Notes: generated by a model not told the origin, from the sequence alone. A stretch of DNA of 64,000 bases from Alphaproteobacteria bacterium (GCA_965216755.1 CBDCGL010000011.1:1056001-1120000), one strand, 5' to 3'; positions 9,459 through 19,656 are shown, numbered from the stretch's first letter. Program-made: numbers and translations.

Positions 9459-11636
9459 TTGAGCGACACGAGCGAGAGTACCACCCTGCCCACCACGACC
9501 GGCGCCAATCCGGCCGATGGCGGCTTAGCGCCAACCGGCGTTGGCGGTGGCGACGGCTTTGCCGCCTTCCGGGATCTTGGTCAAACCCTGCGACGCGGTG
9601 ACGTCGCGCTTGCTCTGGCGGTCGTTGGCATTTTGATCGTTCTGATTATGCCACTGCCGCGCTGGTTGATGGACTTCAGCCTTGCCATCTCGATTACTTA
9701 TTCGGTATTGGTGCTCATGGTCGCGCTGTTCATCGCACGACCCCTTGATTTCAGCGCATTCCCGACGGTCCTGCTGATCGCAACCATGTTGCGGCTGTCG
9801 CTCAATGTTGCCTCAACCCGCTTGATCCTGGCCGACGGCCATCATGGCACCGCCGCCGCGGGCCAGGTTATTCAAGCCTTTGGCGACTTCGTCATGGGTG
9901 GCAGCTTCATTATTGGTCTTATCGTCTTCGGGATTCTGGTGATTGTGAACTTTGTGGTGATCACCAAGGGATCGGGACGGATCGCGGAAGTATCGGCGCG
10001 GTTCAGCTTGGATGCCATGCCGGGCAAACAGATGGCGATCGATGCCGATTTGTCGTCTGGCCTTATCGATGAAGCAGATGCCCGTCGTCGCCGCAAAACC
10101 TTGGAGGAGGAAACCACCTTTTTCGGTGCCATGGACGGCGCCGCCAAATTTGTCCGTGGTGACGCCATCGCCGGCCTGCTGATCACGTTCATCAACATCA
10201 TCGGCGGCATGATCATCGGTGTTGTTCAACACGACATGACATTCGGCGCGGCGGCCAACAACTACACCGTCTTGACCGTAGGTGACGGTTTGGTGTCGCA
10301 AATTCCGTCGTTGATCGTGTCAACATCGGCCGGTTTGCTGGTCTCAAAAGCGGCCACGGTCGGATCCGCAGACCAGCTGGTATTTGGCCAACTCAGTCAA
10401 TATCCAAAGGCCCTGGCCCTGGCGTCGTTGCTGATGGCCATTATGGCGTTTCTACCAGGCATGCCGGTGATACCGTTTTTCGCTCTCGCGGGGATAACGG
10501 GCTACGCGGCCTGGAGTATCTACCAACGCACGACCGAGCGGGACTCTGCAGCAGAGGCCGAAGCGCGCGCGCAGGCCGAAGCCGCGATGGCGACGCCGGC
10601 CGACGAACCCATCGGCAGTGCGCTGCACTTGGATATATTGCGTCTGGAGCTTGGCTACGGTTTGTTGCCCCTGATCAATGACCAGAAAGGCCACCGGCTG
10701 ACTGAGCAGATCAAGGCGCTTCGCCGACAGCTGGCAAGCGATCTGGGGTTTGTCGTGCCGCCTGTCCGAATCCAAGACAACATGCAGATCGCGGCAAACG
10801 CTTATGTCATCCGCGTTAAGGATATCGAGACCGGGCGCGGCGATCTGAACCCAAACCAATTGTTGGCGATGGACCCACAGGGCCAACCTATCACGATTCC
10901 CGGGCAAGACACGACGGAACCGACATTTGGCTTGCCCGCGCGATGGATCGCGGAAAGCGCCCGCGAAGAGGCAATGTTCAAGGGCTACACGGTGGTCGAT
11001 CCACCTACGGTTGTCACCACGCACCTGACGGAAATCCTAAAAGACAACATGCCCGAGCTGTTGTCATACGCCGAAACCCAGAAATTGCTGGACGAATTGG
11101 ACCGCGACCATCAAAAGCTAGTCGCAGATCTAATTCCAGGCCAGATCTCGCTCGGCACCGTGCAACGCGTGCTGCAAAACTTGCTCGCCGAGCAAATCTC
11201 AATTCGCGATCTGCCGACAATTTTGGAGGCCATCGCCGAAGCGATTGCTTATACACAGAATGTGACCATGATCGGCGAGCATGTGCGCAGTCGCTTAGCG
11301 CGGCAGATTTCCGCGCGGTACACAAACGATACAGGTGCTATTCCCCTGGTTACGTTGGCTCCGGAGTGGGAACACGCATTTGCCGAGGGCCTCGCCGGCT
11401 CTGGCGAGGAGAAGCAGTTGTCATTGGCACCCAGCCAACTTCAAGAATTCATCGCGGCGGTGCGGCAAACATTCGAAACACTCGCGCAACAGGGTGAAAT
11501 GCCAGTTTTGCTGACTAGTCCCAGCATTCGCCCCTATGTTCGTTCCATCATTGAGCGTTTTCGACCGGCAACGGTCGTAATGTCGCAGAACGAGATCCAT
11601 CCGAAAGCCCGCATTAATACGCTGGGCCAAGTGTAG
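9459..11636 (+). CDS. flhA: Flagellar export protein FlhA
   Basis: RFSLDAMPGKQMAIDADL, FFGAMDGAAKFVRGDAIAG and FHIPEP C-terminal domain. Confidence 0.97.
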   Translation: MSDTSESTTLPTTTGANPADGGLAPTGVGGGDGFAAFRDLGQTLRRGDVALALAVVGILIVLIMPLPRWLMDFSLAISITYSVLVLMVALFIARPLDFSAFPTVLLIATMLRLSLNVASTRLILADGHHGTAAAGQVIQAFGDFVMGGSFIIGLIVFGILVIVNFVVITKGSGRIAEVSARFSLDAMPGKQMAIDADLSSGLIDEADARRRRKTLEEETTFFGAMDGAAKFVRGDAIAGLLITFINIIGGMIIGVVQHDMTFGAAANNYTVLTVGDGLVSQIPSLIVSTSAGLLVSKAATVGSADQLVFGQLSQYPKALALASLLMAIMAFLPGMPVIPFFALAGITGYAAWSIYQRTTERDSAAEAEARAQAEAAMATPADEPIGSALHLDILRLELGYGLLPLINDQKGHRLTEQIKALRRQLASDLGFVVPPVRIQDNMQIAANAYVIRVKDIETGRGDLNPNQLLAMDPQGQPITIPGQDTTEPTFGLPARWIAESAREEAMFKGYTVVDPPTVVTTHLTEILKDNMPELLSYAETQKLLDELDRDHQKLVADLIPGQISLGTVQRVLQNLLAEQISIRDLPTILEAIAEAIAYTQNVTMIGEHVRSRLARQISARYTNDTGAIPLVTLAPEWEHAFAEGLAGSGEEKQLSLAPSQLQEFIAAVRQTFETLAQQGEMPVLLTSPSIRPYVRSIIERFRPATVVMSQNEIHPKARINTLGQV

Positions 11637-11646
11637 GTAGGCAGCA

Positions 11647-12633
11647 ATGCGCCTGAAGAGTTATGTCGCACCCACCGTTGCCGAAGCGATGCGCCAGATC
11701 CGCGAGGAGCTCGGCGACGACGCGGTTATTGTGTCGACACAGACGGGCGAACACGGCAAGGGCGTTCGCATCACGGCAGCGCTCGACATGCCCGATGCCG
11801 AAGACGAGCTGGCCTCGCTGTTGGCGGCCGATAGCCGCCGAAATCTTGAAGAAACAGTCGGCGCGGCGCTGCAGTTCCACGGGTTGCCGCCGCGCACGTC
11901 CGAGCAACTTCTGGATATCGCCCAAGCATCCAATGCCGATGATCCCACCGCCGCGTTGGCCGGCGCATTACGTAAGCAATTCCGCTTTGTCGGCCTGACC
12001 GCCAAATCAATGGCACGTCCGATCATGTTGGTCGGGCCGCCGGGCGCCGGCAAAACCACGACGGCGGCGAAACTGGCCGCGCGGGCAATCATTGCGAAGC
12101 GACCAGTTCGAGTGATCAGCACCGACTCATTTCGTGCCGGCGCGCTAGAACAAATCGCCGCATTCACCGATATTCTTGACGCCGAATTGATCGATGTCGA
12201 ATCGCCAAGCGAACTGGCCAAAGCACTGGACAATACTCCGTCCGGGACCGTTGTCATCATCGATTCGACCGGCACCAACCCCTTTGGACCGGCGGACATG
12301 AGTGCCTTGGCACGGTTCATCGATTGTGCGCCGGTTGAGCCCATTCTCGTTCTTGCGGCCGGTGGCGATGTTGAAGAAGCGGCAGAGATTGCGGGCGCGT
12401 TTCGGTCCATCGGCACGCGTCGATTTATTATCACGCGGCTCGATATCTCGCGCCGGTTGGGCGCGGCACTGGTTGCGGCCGCCGCCGGCCCTATTGCATT
12501 TTCCGAAGTCAGCATTTCGGCCCATGTCGGGCGTGGGCTGACACCTCTAAACGCGCTGTCGCTGGCGCGTTTGCTGATGCGCGATCCCCAGAAATCAGAA
12601 CCCCGACTCCCCGCTCGAGAGGCTGCCCAATGA
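11647..12633 (+). CDS. flhF: SRP-type GTPase FlhF
   Basis: MRLKSY...EAMRQIREELGDDAVIVS N-terminus, GPPGAGKTT, DSTG and TRLD. Confidence 0.9.
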   Translation: MRLKSYVAPTVAEAMRQIREELGDDAVIVSTQTGEHGKGVRITAALDMPDAEDELASLLAADSRRNLEETVGAALQFHGLPPRTSEQLLDIAQASNADDPTAALAGALRKQFRFVGLTAKSMARPIMLVGPPGAGKTTTAAKLAARAIIAKRPVRVISTDSFRAGALEQIAAFTDILDAELIDVESPSELAKALDNTPSGTVVIIDSTGTNPFGPADMSALARFIDCAPVEPILVLAAGGDVEEAAEIAGAFRSIGTRRFIITRLDISRRLGAALVAAAAGPIAFSEVSISAHVGRGLTPLNALSLARLLMRDPQKSEPRLPAREAAQ

Positions 12634-13427
12634 CGGTCACGGTAACAGATAATGTTGTTCAGCATCCCGCAATCCATCCATTGGCACACAACATCGTTGC
12701 TGTGGCGTCTGGAAAAGGCGGCGTTGGCAAAACATGCCTATCCATTAGTTTGAGCCAGGCTCTGGCCCAACGAAACCGCCGGGTCCTGTTGTTTGACGGC
12801 GACCTTGGATTGGCCAATGTCGATATTCAGCTGGGCTTGCTGCCAAAGCATGATATCGCCAGCGTCATCTCGGGCAGGGCATCAATCGACGACGCGATTA
12901 CGCGTTATACGGATGGCGGCTTCGACATCATCGCCGGTCGGTCCGGTTCGGGCAGTTTGGCTGCCATGCCGGCCATGCATCTCAAAACTCTAAAGACCAG
13001 CATTGTCGAATTGGCGGAGCACTATGACGCCGTCGTGTTGGATCTGGCGGCGGGCGTCGATGAAGCTGTGCGCTCGTTGGCATCCTTGGCTGGCGCGATG
13101 TTGGTGGTCACGACCGACGAGCCGACCGCCATTACCGACGCGTACGCGTTCATCAAAGTCATGAACGCCCAGCAACGCGCGCACCACGCCCAAATCCTCG
13201 TCAATATGGCGAGTACCAAGAACGAGGGCAAACGGACTTATGAAACCCTACGCAAGGCTTGCGAGAGCTTCCTGAGGATTTCGCCACCCTTGGCTGGGAT
13301 CGTACGACGTGACAACAAAGTACGTGACTCGATCCGCCGGCAAATTCCGGTCTTGACCCGGTATCCGACATGCTCGGCCGGGACCGACATTGCGGCCCTC
13401 GCCGGCGTTTTGGACAAAGCCCGTTGA
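12630..13427 (+). CDS. flhG: MinD-like flagellar number regulator FlhG/FleN
   Basis: SGKGGVGKT, DGDLGLAN and EPTAITDAYA; follows flhF. Confidence 0.92.
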   Translation: MTVTVTDNVVQHPAIHPLAHNIVAVASGKGGVGKTCLSISLSQALAQRNRRVLLFDGDLGLANVDIQLGLLPKHDIASVISGRASIDDAITRYTDGGFDIIAGRSGSGSLAAMPAMHLKTLKTSIVELAEHYDAVVLDLAAGVDEAVRSLASLAGAMLVVTTDEPTAITDAYAFIKVMNAQQRAHHAQILVNMASTKNEGKRTYETLRKACESFLRISPPLAGIVRRDNKVRDSIRRQIPVLTRYPTCSAGTDIAALAGVLDKAR

Positions 13428-15423
13428 TGTGAGCACAGTACAGCCGCCCGCCGGCGGCCCCCCGCCACCAACCGGCCACACAGCCAGCGGATCGGCGCCG
13501 ACACCCGGGCGCACAACCGACGCGCCGCCGTCCGCAGACGGGGGCGCGAAGGTGCCCAAGGCAACGACGCAGCCAGCACAGGGGGCCCCCGCGGCGGCGA
13601 CTCGACCAGCGGTCAGTGTTACCACAAACACACCGACCGCCGGCCTACAACAGACCCAAGCCACGCCGAGCCTGCCGGCAAACTTACAAGCTTTGCCGCC
13701 CGGCGCGCTGTTGGCCGGCGCGGTCGTGCCCCATCCGTCTGGCCAAGGCGCCGTACTTGCCACAACCGAGGGCCTGCTTACATTTGATACAGACATCGAC
13801 CTGCCGCCGGGCAGTCGCGTGACATTGCAGATTCATAGTAACGGCGCGCGGTTGGCCGCGACGGTGGTCGCCGTGGATGGTCGTCCGCCGGCGCCGGCGG
13901 CACCAGCGGCCGTGGTGTTGAGCGCTCTCATCGACCCGGCCGCCGTACAATCGGGCACAGCTAGGACGACGGCTCCGTTGACGCCGAGCGGCGCGGCCAC
14001 GGGCCCGATTGCGCCCGCGACGTTCCCGCCACAGCATTCGGTGCCGCAACCGGCATCCCAATCATCCGCAAACCCGACCAGTCTGATGCCAGATATCGGT
14101 GCGCGGCTAACCGGTACCGTCGCGCTCCAGCCCAACGATGGACGATTGATCCTGGACACCAACTCCGGACGGTTTCAGCTGGCGACCCCCCAGCCATTGC
14201 AGACCGGTAGCCGCTTGACAATCGACATCCGATCCGCGGCGCCGCGGCTACTCGCCGCCATCTTGCGTATCGACGGACGACCGATCAGCGGACCGTTGCC
14301 ACAAATCGCCCTGGCACCAGCCGATAGCGATCTAACCGCGCAACCGCTGCATCGGCGTTCGTTTGCGGCAAAAGTTGTTGAAACAAGCCCTGCAGCAAAC
14401 GTATCCAAGGCCGTGCCCTCGGCATTTCGAATTGCGGATGGGGCCCAAGTCACGGTACGGACGGATGGCCCGGGCAGCGCTACGCCGACGCCGTCGACAG
14501 GACGAGAAAACCTGACCAACTTGGTTGCCCAGACCACGCCACGTCCTGCCACAGCCATTCCGGCGACTGTCGTTGGACATGACAAATCGATCGGTTTGGT
14601 CGTTGCCACGAGCACCGGGCAAAACGTGCGGCTCGCCGGCGCACCGGCACTGCCGAACGGCACCTCGGTTTGGTTGGTGCCGGATCAAGCGGCGGGTCTC
14701 GCGCGGCCACCCGCGTCACCCAGTCATTTGCCGGCTATGCAATCACCGTCGCCGAGAGCCGCCGCTGAATTTGCCGCCACTCTAGATGCCGCCGCGGCAG
14801 AGGTGCCAACCATCACGAATCGCCTCGCCGGCGGCGCAACGAGCGCACTCACACCGAATAGTGTCGTTAATCTCATCAGTTACGTTTTTGGCCTACGCGC
14901 TGGCGACGTGCGGCCATGGCTCGGCGATCGCGCGCTGCGTGCCCTCGAGCAAGCCGGTCGGGGCGATCTAATCACAAAGTTGGCGGACACAGGCGACAAG
15001 GCCGGCCGCTTACTCACCGAGGCACCGACCAGTGAGTGGCGGCATATGTCCTTGCCCATAAGCGACGGTCAGGACGCCCGCCATATTTGGCTCCATCTGG
15101 GGCCGGATCCCGAAAACCGCGATTCGCGCGATGAGGACACGGACAAAGACGGCACCCGCATGCTTGTTGACGTCACGCTCAGCCGTTTCGGGCGGCTGCA
15201 GTTTGACGGCCGCTATGCGCGCGCCCATTTCTCATTGATCGTGCGCTCGGAACAGGCACTCGACAAGACCGTGCGCGCCGGCATATCCGAGATATTCATG
15301 ACGATGCGCGATACAACGGGACTCGAAGGCCAGGTAACTTTTCAAGTTTCCTCGCAACTTGCCAGCATTCTTCCTGTCGACGCGCCGCCCCTTTCCATCG
15401 ACGACGATCGCGTCGTGGTTTAG
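13390..15423 (+). CDS. Pro/Ala/Thr-rich hypothetical protein with FliK-like C-terminal domain (start uncertain, possibly GTG 13429)
   Basis: Low-complexity N-terminus; C-terminal TRMLVDVTLSRFGRLQFDG resembles a FliK_C-like fold; co-directional with the flagellar operon. Confidence 0.6.
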   Translation: MRPSPAFWTKPVDVSTVQPPAGGPPPPTGHTASGSAPTPGRTTDAPPSADGGAKVPKATTQPAQGAPAAATRPAVSVTTNTPTAGLQQTQATPSLPANLQALPPGALLAGAVVPHPSGQGAVLATTEGLLTFDTDIDLPPGSRVTLQIHSNGARLAATVVAVDGRPPAPAAPAAVVLSALIDPAAVQSGTARTTAPLTPSGAATGPIAPATFPPQHSVPQPASQSSANPTSLMPDIGARLTGTVALQPNDGRLILDTNSGRFQLATPQPLQTGSRLTIDIRSAAPRLLAAILRIDGRPISGPLPQIALAPADSDLTAQPLHRRSFAAKVVETSPAANVSKAVPSAFRIADGAQVTVRTDGPGSATPTPSTGRENLTNLVAQTTPRPATAIPATVVGHDKSIGLVVATSTGQNVRLAGAPALPNGTSVWLVPDQAAGLARPPASPSHLPAMQSPSPRAAAEFAATLDAAAAEVPTITNRLAGGATSALTPNSVVNLISYVFGLRAGDVRPWLGDRALRALEQAGRGDLITKLADTGDKAGRLLTEAPTSEWRHMSLPISDGQDARHIWLHLGPDPENRDSRDEDTDKDGTRMLVDVTLSRFGRLQFDGRYARAHFSLIVRSEQALDKTVRAGISEIFMTMRDTTGLEGQVTFQVSSQLASILPVDAPPLSIDDDRVVV

Positions 15424-15434
15424 CCGAACAATCG

Positions 15435-15839
15435 ATGACCAACCAGTTCGACCAAACCATCATCCGACGGCGACATTTCCGTGTCACGGATAACCCGCGG
15501 CAGGCCCTGGACTATTTGGTCTCGTTATCGGGTGTTGTGACAGCTCCCGATCCGGGCTCGGCAATCGATGTGCGCGTACGATATGTACCCAATCGTGTGA
15601 TTCTTCCACCTTCGAATTTTCGAAGCTATTTGGCCCTGCTCGCCGAGACGACTTGGCCATCGGCGGAGGATTTAGGCCAAACCTTGCTGGGGGATCTCAA
15701 TAGCGAAATTGACCCACGTTGGGTGCAAGTCATGCTAACCGCGGCAGTCGACGACATTCGGCATGATCTGCTTTTCGAAGATCGCGCCCCGAAATGGGAC
15801 AATCCCCGCCTGCTGGCACGCATCGCACCGTCGATTTAA
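15435..15839 (+). CDS. Hypothetical protein with QueF/T-fold-like motifs
   Basis: VRYVPNRVILPPSNFRSYL...EDLGQTLLGDLNSEIDPRWVQV parallels type I QueF, but the protein has no Cys. Confidence 0.6.
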   Translation: MTNQFDQTIIRRRHFRVTDNPRQALDYLVSLSGVVTAPDPGSAIDVRVRYVPNRVILPPSNFRSYLALLAETTWPSAEDLGQTLLGDLNSEIDPRWVQVMLTAAVDDIRHDLLFEDRAPKWDNPRLLARIAPSI

Positions 15840-15866
15840 GGTGCTTTCCGATCCACGACATATGAA

Positions 15867-15964
15867 ATAATTTCGGTGACAGTTTACTAAATACACTAAA
15901 TATTGTATATCAAAATATGATCATACAAGATATCGCATATTTAGTAAACTGTCACTGAAATTAT
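15867..15964. repeat. 98-bp AT-rich element with 27-bp terminal inverted repeats
   Basis: ATAATTTCGGTGACAGTTTACTAAATA ... TATTTAGTAAACTGTCACTGAAATTAT (1 mismatch), between convergent genes. Confidence 0.85.
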
Positions 15965-15970
15965 CGGCCG

Positions 15971-17740
15971 TCAACGTTCAGCGCTCGCCGACAGGCAATC
16001 GAATACGTCGCCATCATTGGCCAGACCCAGCACGTGGTGACGATGCCACAAGGCGTAATACAGCAGGATCCATGACGCGAACGCGGACCGCTTTCCTGCA
16101 GTCTTGAACAGGCCGGGAACCAAATTCGGTCGACAGATCTCCCGTATGGCCGGCTGCGCTGCGACCAAAGCGCCGACGCTCTCGCCGCGCTGCAAGATCC
16201 AATGCCCGACGGGCACCGTGAAGCCACGTTTGCGATGAAACGGTCGCGCGATGGGGAGCGCTTTTTCCAGCCAAATGCGCAGCAGCCATTTGCCATATCC
16301 CCGCTGCACTTTGAGGCGATCGGGAAGGCAGAATGCGGTCCGCGCGAATGACGTATCCAAAAATGGGGTTCGCCCTTCGACCCCATGGCTCATCAAGCAA
16401 CGATCCAGTTTGACAAGCAGATCATTTGGGAGCCAATCGGCGCAATCCACCGCTTGCGCGACCTGCAAACGCGATCGACCGGGCGCCGCGGACGTGCTCT
16501 CGTCGGCGACCAAGCCGTCGCGCCAAGCCGGCGATAGGTCGCGCAATACGTTGACGCGGTCGAAAACCCCGCGCGACCGCATCGGTCGGCCACCTCGCCA
16601 CCAGGGGCGCAACGCGCTGCGATAGCGACCATAACCGCCAAACATCTCGTCGCCCCCCTCACCGCAGAGGATAACTTTTAGGTCACGACCGGCTGACCGC
16701 GCCAACAAATAGGTCGGCACAATCGCATAATCCGCGCACGGATCATCTACCGCAGCCGTAATTGCCGGCAAAGCATTCCAAAAATCCCCGTCGGAAATCA
16801 TGATCTCGTCATGATCGGCGCCAAGTGCCTGAGCCACGGTGCGGGCATGGGCCCGCTCATCGGGCACGACCTGCGTATCGAAGCCCGCGGTAAAAGCCCG
16901 CACCGGCCGCTCATTAAGCCGCGTCATAACCGCCAAAAGTGCCGTGCTATCAACTCCGCCCGACAAAAACATGCCGTAAGGCACGTCAGATCGCTGGTGG
17001 AAACGGACCGTATCCATGAGCGCCGCGTCGATGCGCGCCAAGGCATCGTCATCCGAGCAGCTTTCGGGACCTTCGTCGGGCAAGGCTGCAAGTCGCCGTC
17101 GTTCCACGACTCGTGCTCTTCGGACAACCAATGTCTCCCCCGGTAGCACACGCTTGATATCGCGAAAAATCGTATCTCGACCTGTCGTAAATTGGAGCTG
17201 CAAAAGCTCGGTACGCGCACCATCCGAAACCGCGCGAGATGCCAATCCGGCTGCGATCAGTGCCTGCGGTTCGGAAGCAAATGCGAAACGATCGCCACTC
17301 TCTGTATAGTAAAGCGGTTTGATGCCGAACGGATCGCGCGCCAATACCAGATGGTCATCGCCCGGATCGTGAATCGCGATCGCGTACATGCCGCGCAACT
17401 GCCGCGCGAAATCAAGGCCAAATTTCCGATATAAGTGGAGTGGTGGCTCGCAATCGGAACGGGTTGCGAGTTGGCCATCATCCAAAACAGCCGACAATTC
17501 GATGTAGTTGTAAATCTCACCATTGGCCACCAAAGCGGCGCCGTGGTTGTCGAACAGTGGTTGATCGCCGGTTTCAAGGTCAATGATGGCGAGTCGGCGT
17601 TGCACCAGCCCAACCGATCTTGCCAAATGCCGGCCTTCACCATCGGGACCACGATGGGCCAGAGCGACGCTCAAATCATCGAGAACGTTGTCCGCGGGCG
17701 GCTCGCGCCCGCTCGTCATCACACCGGCGATGCCGCACAT
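15971..17740 (-). CDS. asnB: Asparagine synthase (glutamine-hydrolysing) family amidotransferase
   Basis: MCGIAG Ntn N-terminus, HRGPD, NGEIYN, LSGGVDS and GEGGDE. Confidence 0.93.
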   Translation of the reverse strand: MCGIAGVMTSGREPPADNVLDDLSVALAHRGPDGEGRHLARSVGLVQRRLAIIDLETGDQPLFDNHGAALVANGEIYNYIELSAVLDDGQLATRSDCEPPLHLYRKFGLDFARQLRGMYAIAIHDPGDDHLVLARDPFGIKPLYYTESGDRFAFASEPQALIAAGLASRAVSDGARTELLQLQFTTGRDTIFRDIKRVLPGETLVVRRARVVERRRLAALPDEGPESCSDDDALARIDAALMDTVRFHQRSDVPYGMFLSGGVDSTALLAVMTRLNERPVRAFTAGFDTQVVPDERAHARTVAQALGADHDEIMISDGDFWNALPAITAAVDDPCADYAIVPTYLLARSAGRDLKVILCGEGGDEMFGGYGRYRSALRPWWRGGRPMRSRGVFDRVNVLRDLSPAWRDGLVADESTSAAPGRSRLQVAQAVDCADWLPNDLLVKLDRCLMSHGVEGRTPFLDTSFARTAFCLPDRLKVQRGYGKWLLRIWLEKALPIARPFHRKRGFTVPVGHWILQRGESVGALVAAQPAIREICRPNLVPGLFKTAGKRSAFASWILLYYALWHRHHVLGLANDGDVFDCLSASAER

Positions 17741-18777
17741 CAGCCGCTCAGACTTTCAAAGAGAGCCAACAGTCGATCGATCACCACGGTCTCGGTATAA
17801 TCCTTTTGATAGTGTCGATAAGCCGCTTCGACCAACCGGGCACGCAAGTCAGTGTCAGATGTCAAACGATCAATTGCCGACGCCATCGCCTTGGCGTCAT
17901 CGACGGGCACCAGCAAGCCGGAGCGCTCGTGTTCGATAATGTCACCCGGGCCCCCGGTGTTGGTTGCCACCACGGCACGTTTCTGGGCCCAGGCTTCGAC
18001 AAACACGTTTCCGAACGGCTCAAGTCGGGATGGGCACACAAACATATCGCACGCCGCCAAGGCGGCCGGAACGTCGCGCCGCCAGCCAATAAAACGGACC
18101 CGATCGGTGATGCCAAGTCGCTTGGCGTGTGACCGCAGCGCCGGCGCCTCGGGCCCCTCGCCACCCAACCACAGCCAGTGCTCAGGCAACTGTGCGACGG
18201 CATCCAACAGGGTGTCGAACGCCTTATTGACGTGCAAGCGGCCGAGCCCCAAAACCAGTGGCGCCTTGGGCGGCGTGTCAAACGCGGAACGGCTCAAAGC
18301 GGGCATGCATCTGCCATCGATGATGTTTTGCACGCGCGTGATACGGTCGGGCGCCCAGCCTTGGCTTGTGTAGAACCGCACCGTGTCATCCGTGTTGCAC
18401 ATGATGTGGTCACAGTGGCGGTAGTATTTAAGGTCGTAAAAGCCGCGCGGAGACCCGACATGCGCAAATCGGTCGTTTGCGCCGCGACGTCGGCAAAAGC
18501 GGGTCGCGCGATTGGCCCAGGTGAGCACAATATCAGGGCTGAAATTGTCAATCTCGTCGTGTAGCACCGCGCTGGTGCGGCGATCGAACAGGCCGCCAAA
18601 CCGCGCATGAGTAACAACGATACCCGCCGCTCGATAACGGCCATCTCTGTCCGTCGATGGCCGCGTGACAAGGCGCAAATCGGGACCGATCCGCTCCGCC
18701 AGAGCGATCGCCATGCGTGCAAAAGAGTCTTCGGCGCCGCCGTTCAGCGCCCCGGCCATGGCCATCAAAACCCGCAT
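17740..18777 (-). CDS. Glycosyltransferase family 4
   Basis: GGAE, GRLHVNKAFD and PSRLEPFGNVFVEAW (E-x7-E). Confidence 0.92.
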   Translation of the reverse strand: MRVLMAMAGALNGGAEDSFARMAIALAERIGPDLRLVTRPSTDRDGRYRAAGIVVTHARFGGLFDRRTSAVLHDEIDNFSPDIVLTWANRATRFCRRRGANDRFAHVGSPRGFYDLKYYRHCDHIMCNTDDTVRFYTSQGWAPDRITRVQNIIDGRCMPALSRSAFDTPPKAPLVLGLGRLHVNKAFDTLLDAVAQLPEHWLWLGGEGPEAPALRSHAKRLGITDRVRFIGWRRDVPAALAACDMFVCPSRLEPFGNVFVEAWAQKRAVVATNTGGPGDIIEHERSGLLVPVDDAKAMASAIDRLTSDTDLRARLVEAAYRHYQKDYTETVVIDRLLALFESLSG

Positions 18778-18789
18778 GTCTAGGGCTGC

Positions 18790-19566
18790 TCAACCAAGAT
18801 CTTGGGGCAACGTACCAAGCTCGGCCTTTAGATGCGAAATTAGGGGATAAAGCGCCGCCATCAGCGCGATCATAAAACCCCAGCGGCCTTCGCGGTAGCC
18901 CTTGCGCCGCCAATAACACTTGATGAATCGCGTAATACTGCGCCGTAATGTGCGCCGAAGTGGCGGCAACGGTTCATTTGACGCACGCAGATCCGCCGCG
19001 CGCGCATCGGTGTAGCGCTTCAATCGATCAATCATATCGTTGATGTCGCGGTCGACAAAATGGTCGATGGGGGTGGTGAGCCACCGTTTGGGCCCGCTCA
19101 GAGTCAGGGACGGATGCACGCGCTGCGGCCCCCAACGCTTGGCACCGCGGCGAAATAGCCGTGGTGCGGACATGACGCCCCACGAAGCACCCCAACCGTG
19201 GCGCACGCGTTGGTTGCCGATGTAGTTATCAAACGGCACTTGGAAATAGCCGTCGTCAACCGTCGCAATGGCGGCGCGAATTTCGTCGAACAGCTCCTCC
19301 GGGACCCGCTCATCGGCATCGACCTCGAAGATCCAGTCTCCATTGCACGCGTCAATGCCGGCATTGCGACGATCACCCTCCAACGGCCAGGCGCCTTCCT
19401 GGATGAGGGATGTAAATCGGCGCGCGATGGCCGCGGAGCCGTCCGTACAACGATCCAAGACAATCACCAATTCGTCGGCCGGCGTGAGCCGCGACAGGCA
19501 ATCTTCGAGCTGCAGTGCCTCATTTCGAACGACCACCAAAACAGATAGGGATTTGGCGACGTTCAA
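18790..19566 (-). CDS. Glycosyltransferase family 2 (WaaE/KdtX-like)
   Basis: VVRNEA...LDRCTDGS, VDADE and C-terminal GYREGRWG. Confidence 0.9.
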   Translation of the reverse strand: MNVAKSLSVLVVVRNEALQLEDCLSRLTPADELVIVLDRCTDGSAAIARRFTSLIQEGAWPLEGDRRNAGIDACNGDWIFEVDADERVPEELFDEIRAAIATVDDGYFQVPFDNYIGNQRVRHGWGASWGVMSAPRLFRRGAKRWGPQRVHPSLTLSGPKRWLTTPIDHFVDRDINDMIDRLKRYTDARAADLRASNEPLPPLRRTLRRSITRFIKCYWRRKGYREGRWGFMIALMAALYPLISHLKAELGTLPQDLG

Positions 19567-19656
19567 TGAACAACCCCGAGCTGATGCGACGTGAGAGCCT
19601 GCACGTATTCCCGTGAGCGTACTTTCGGCGCCGGCGTCCGGATCAAGCTGCGCGCG

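Noticed and set aside
11661-12689. 342-aa antisense ORF over flhF
   Set aside because: Shadow ORF of a GC-rich gene with no recognisable motifs.
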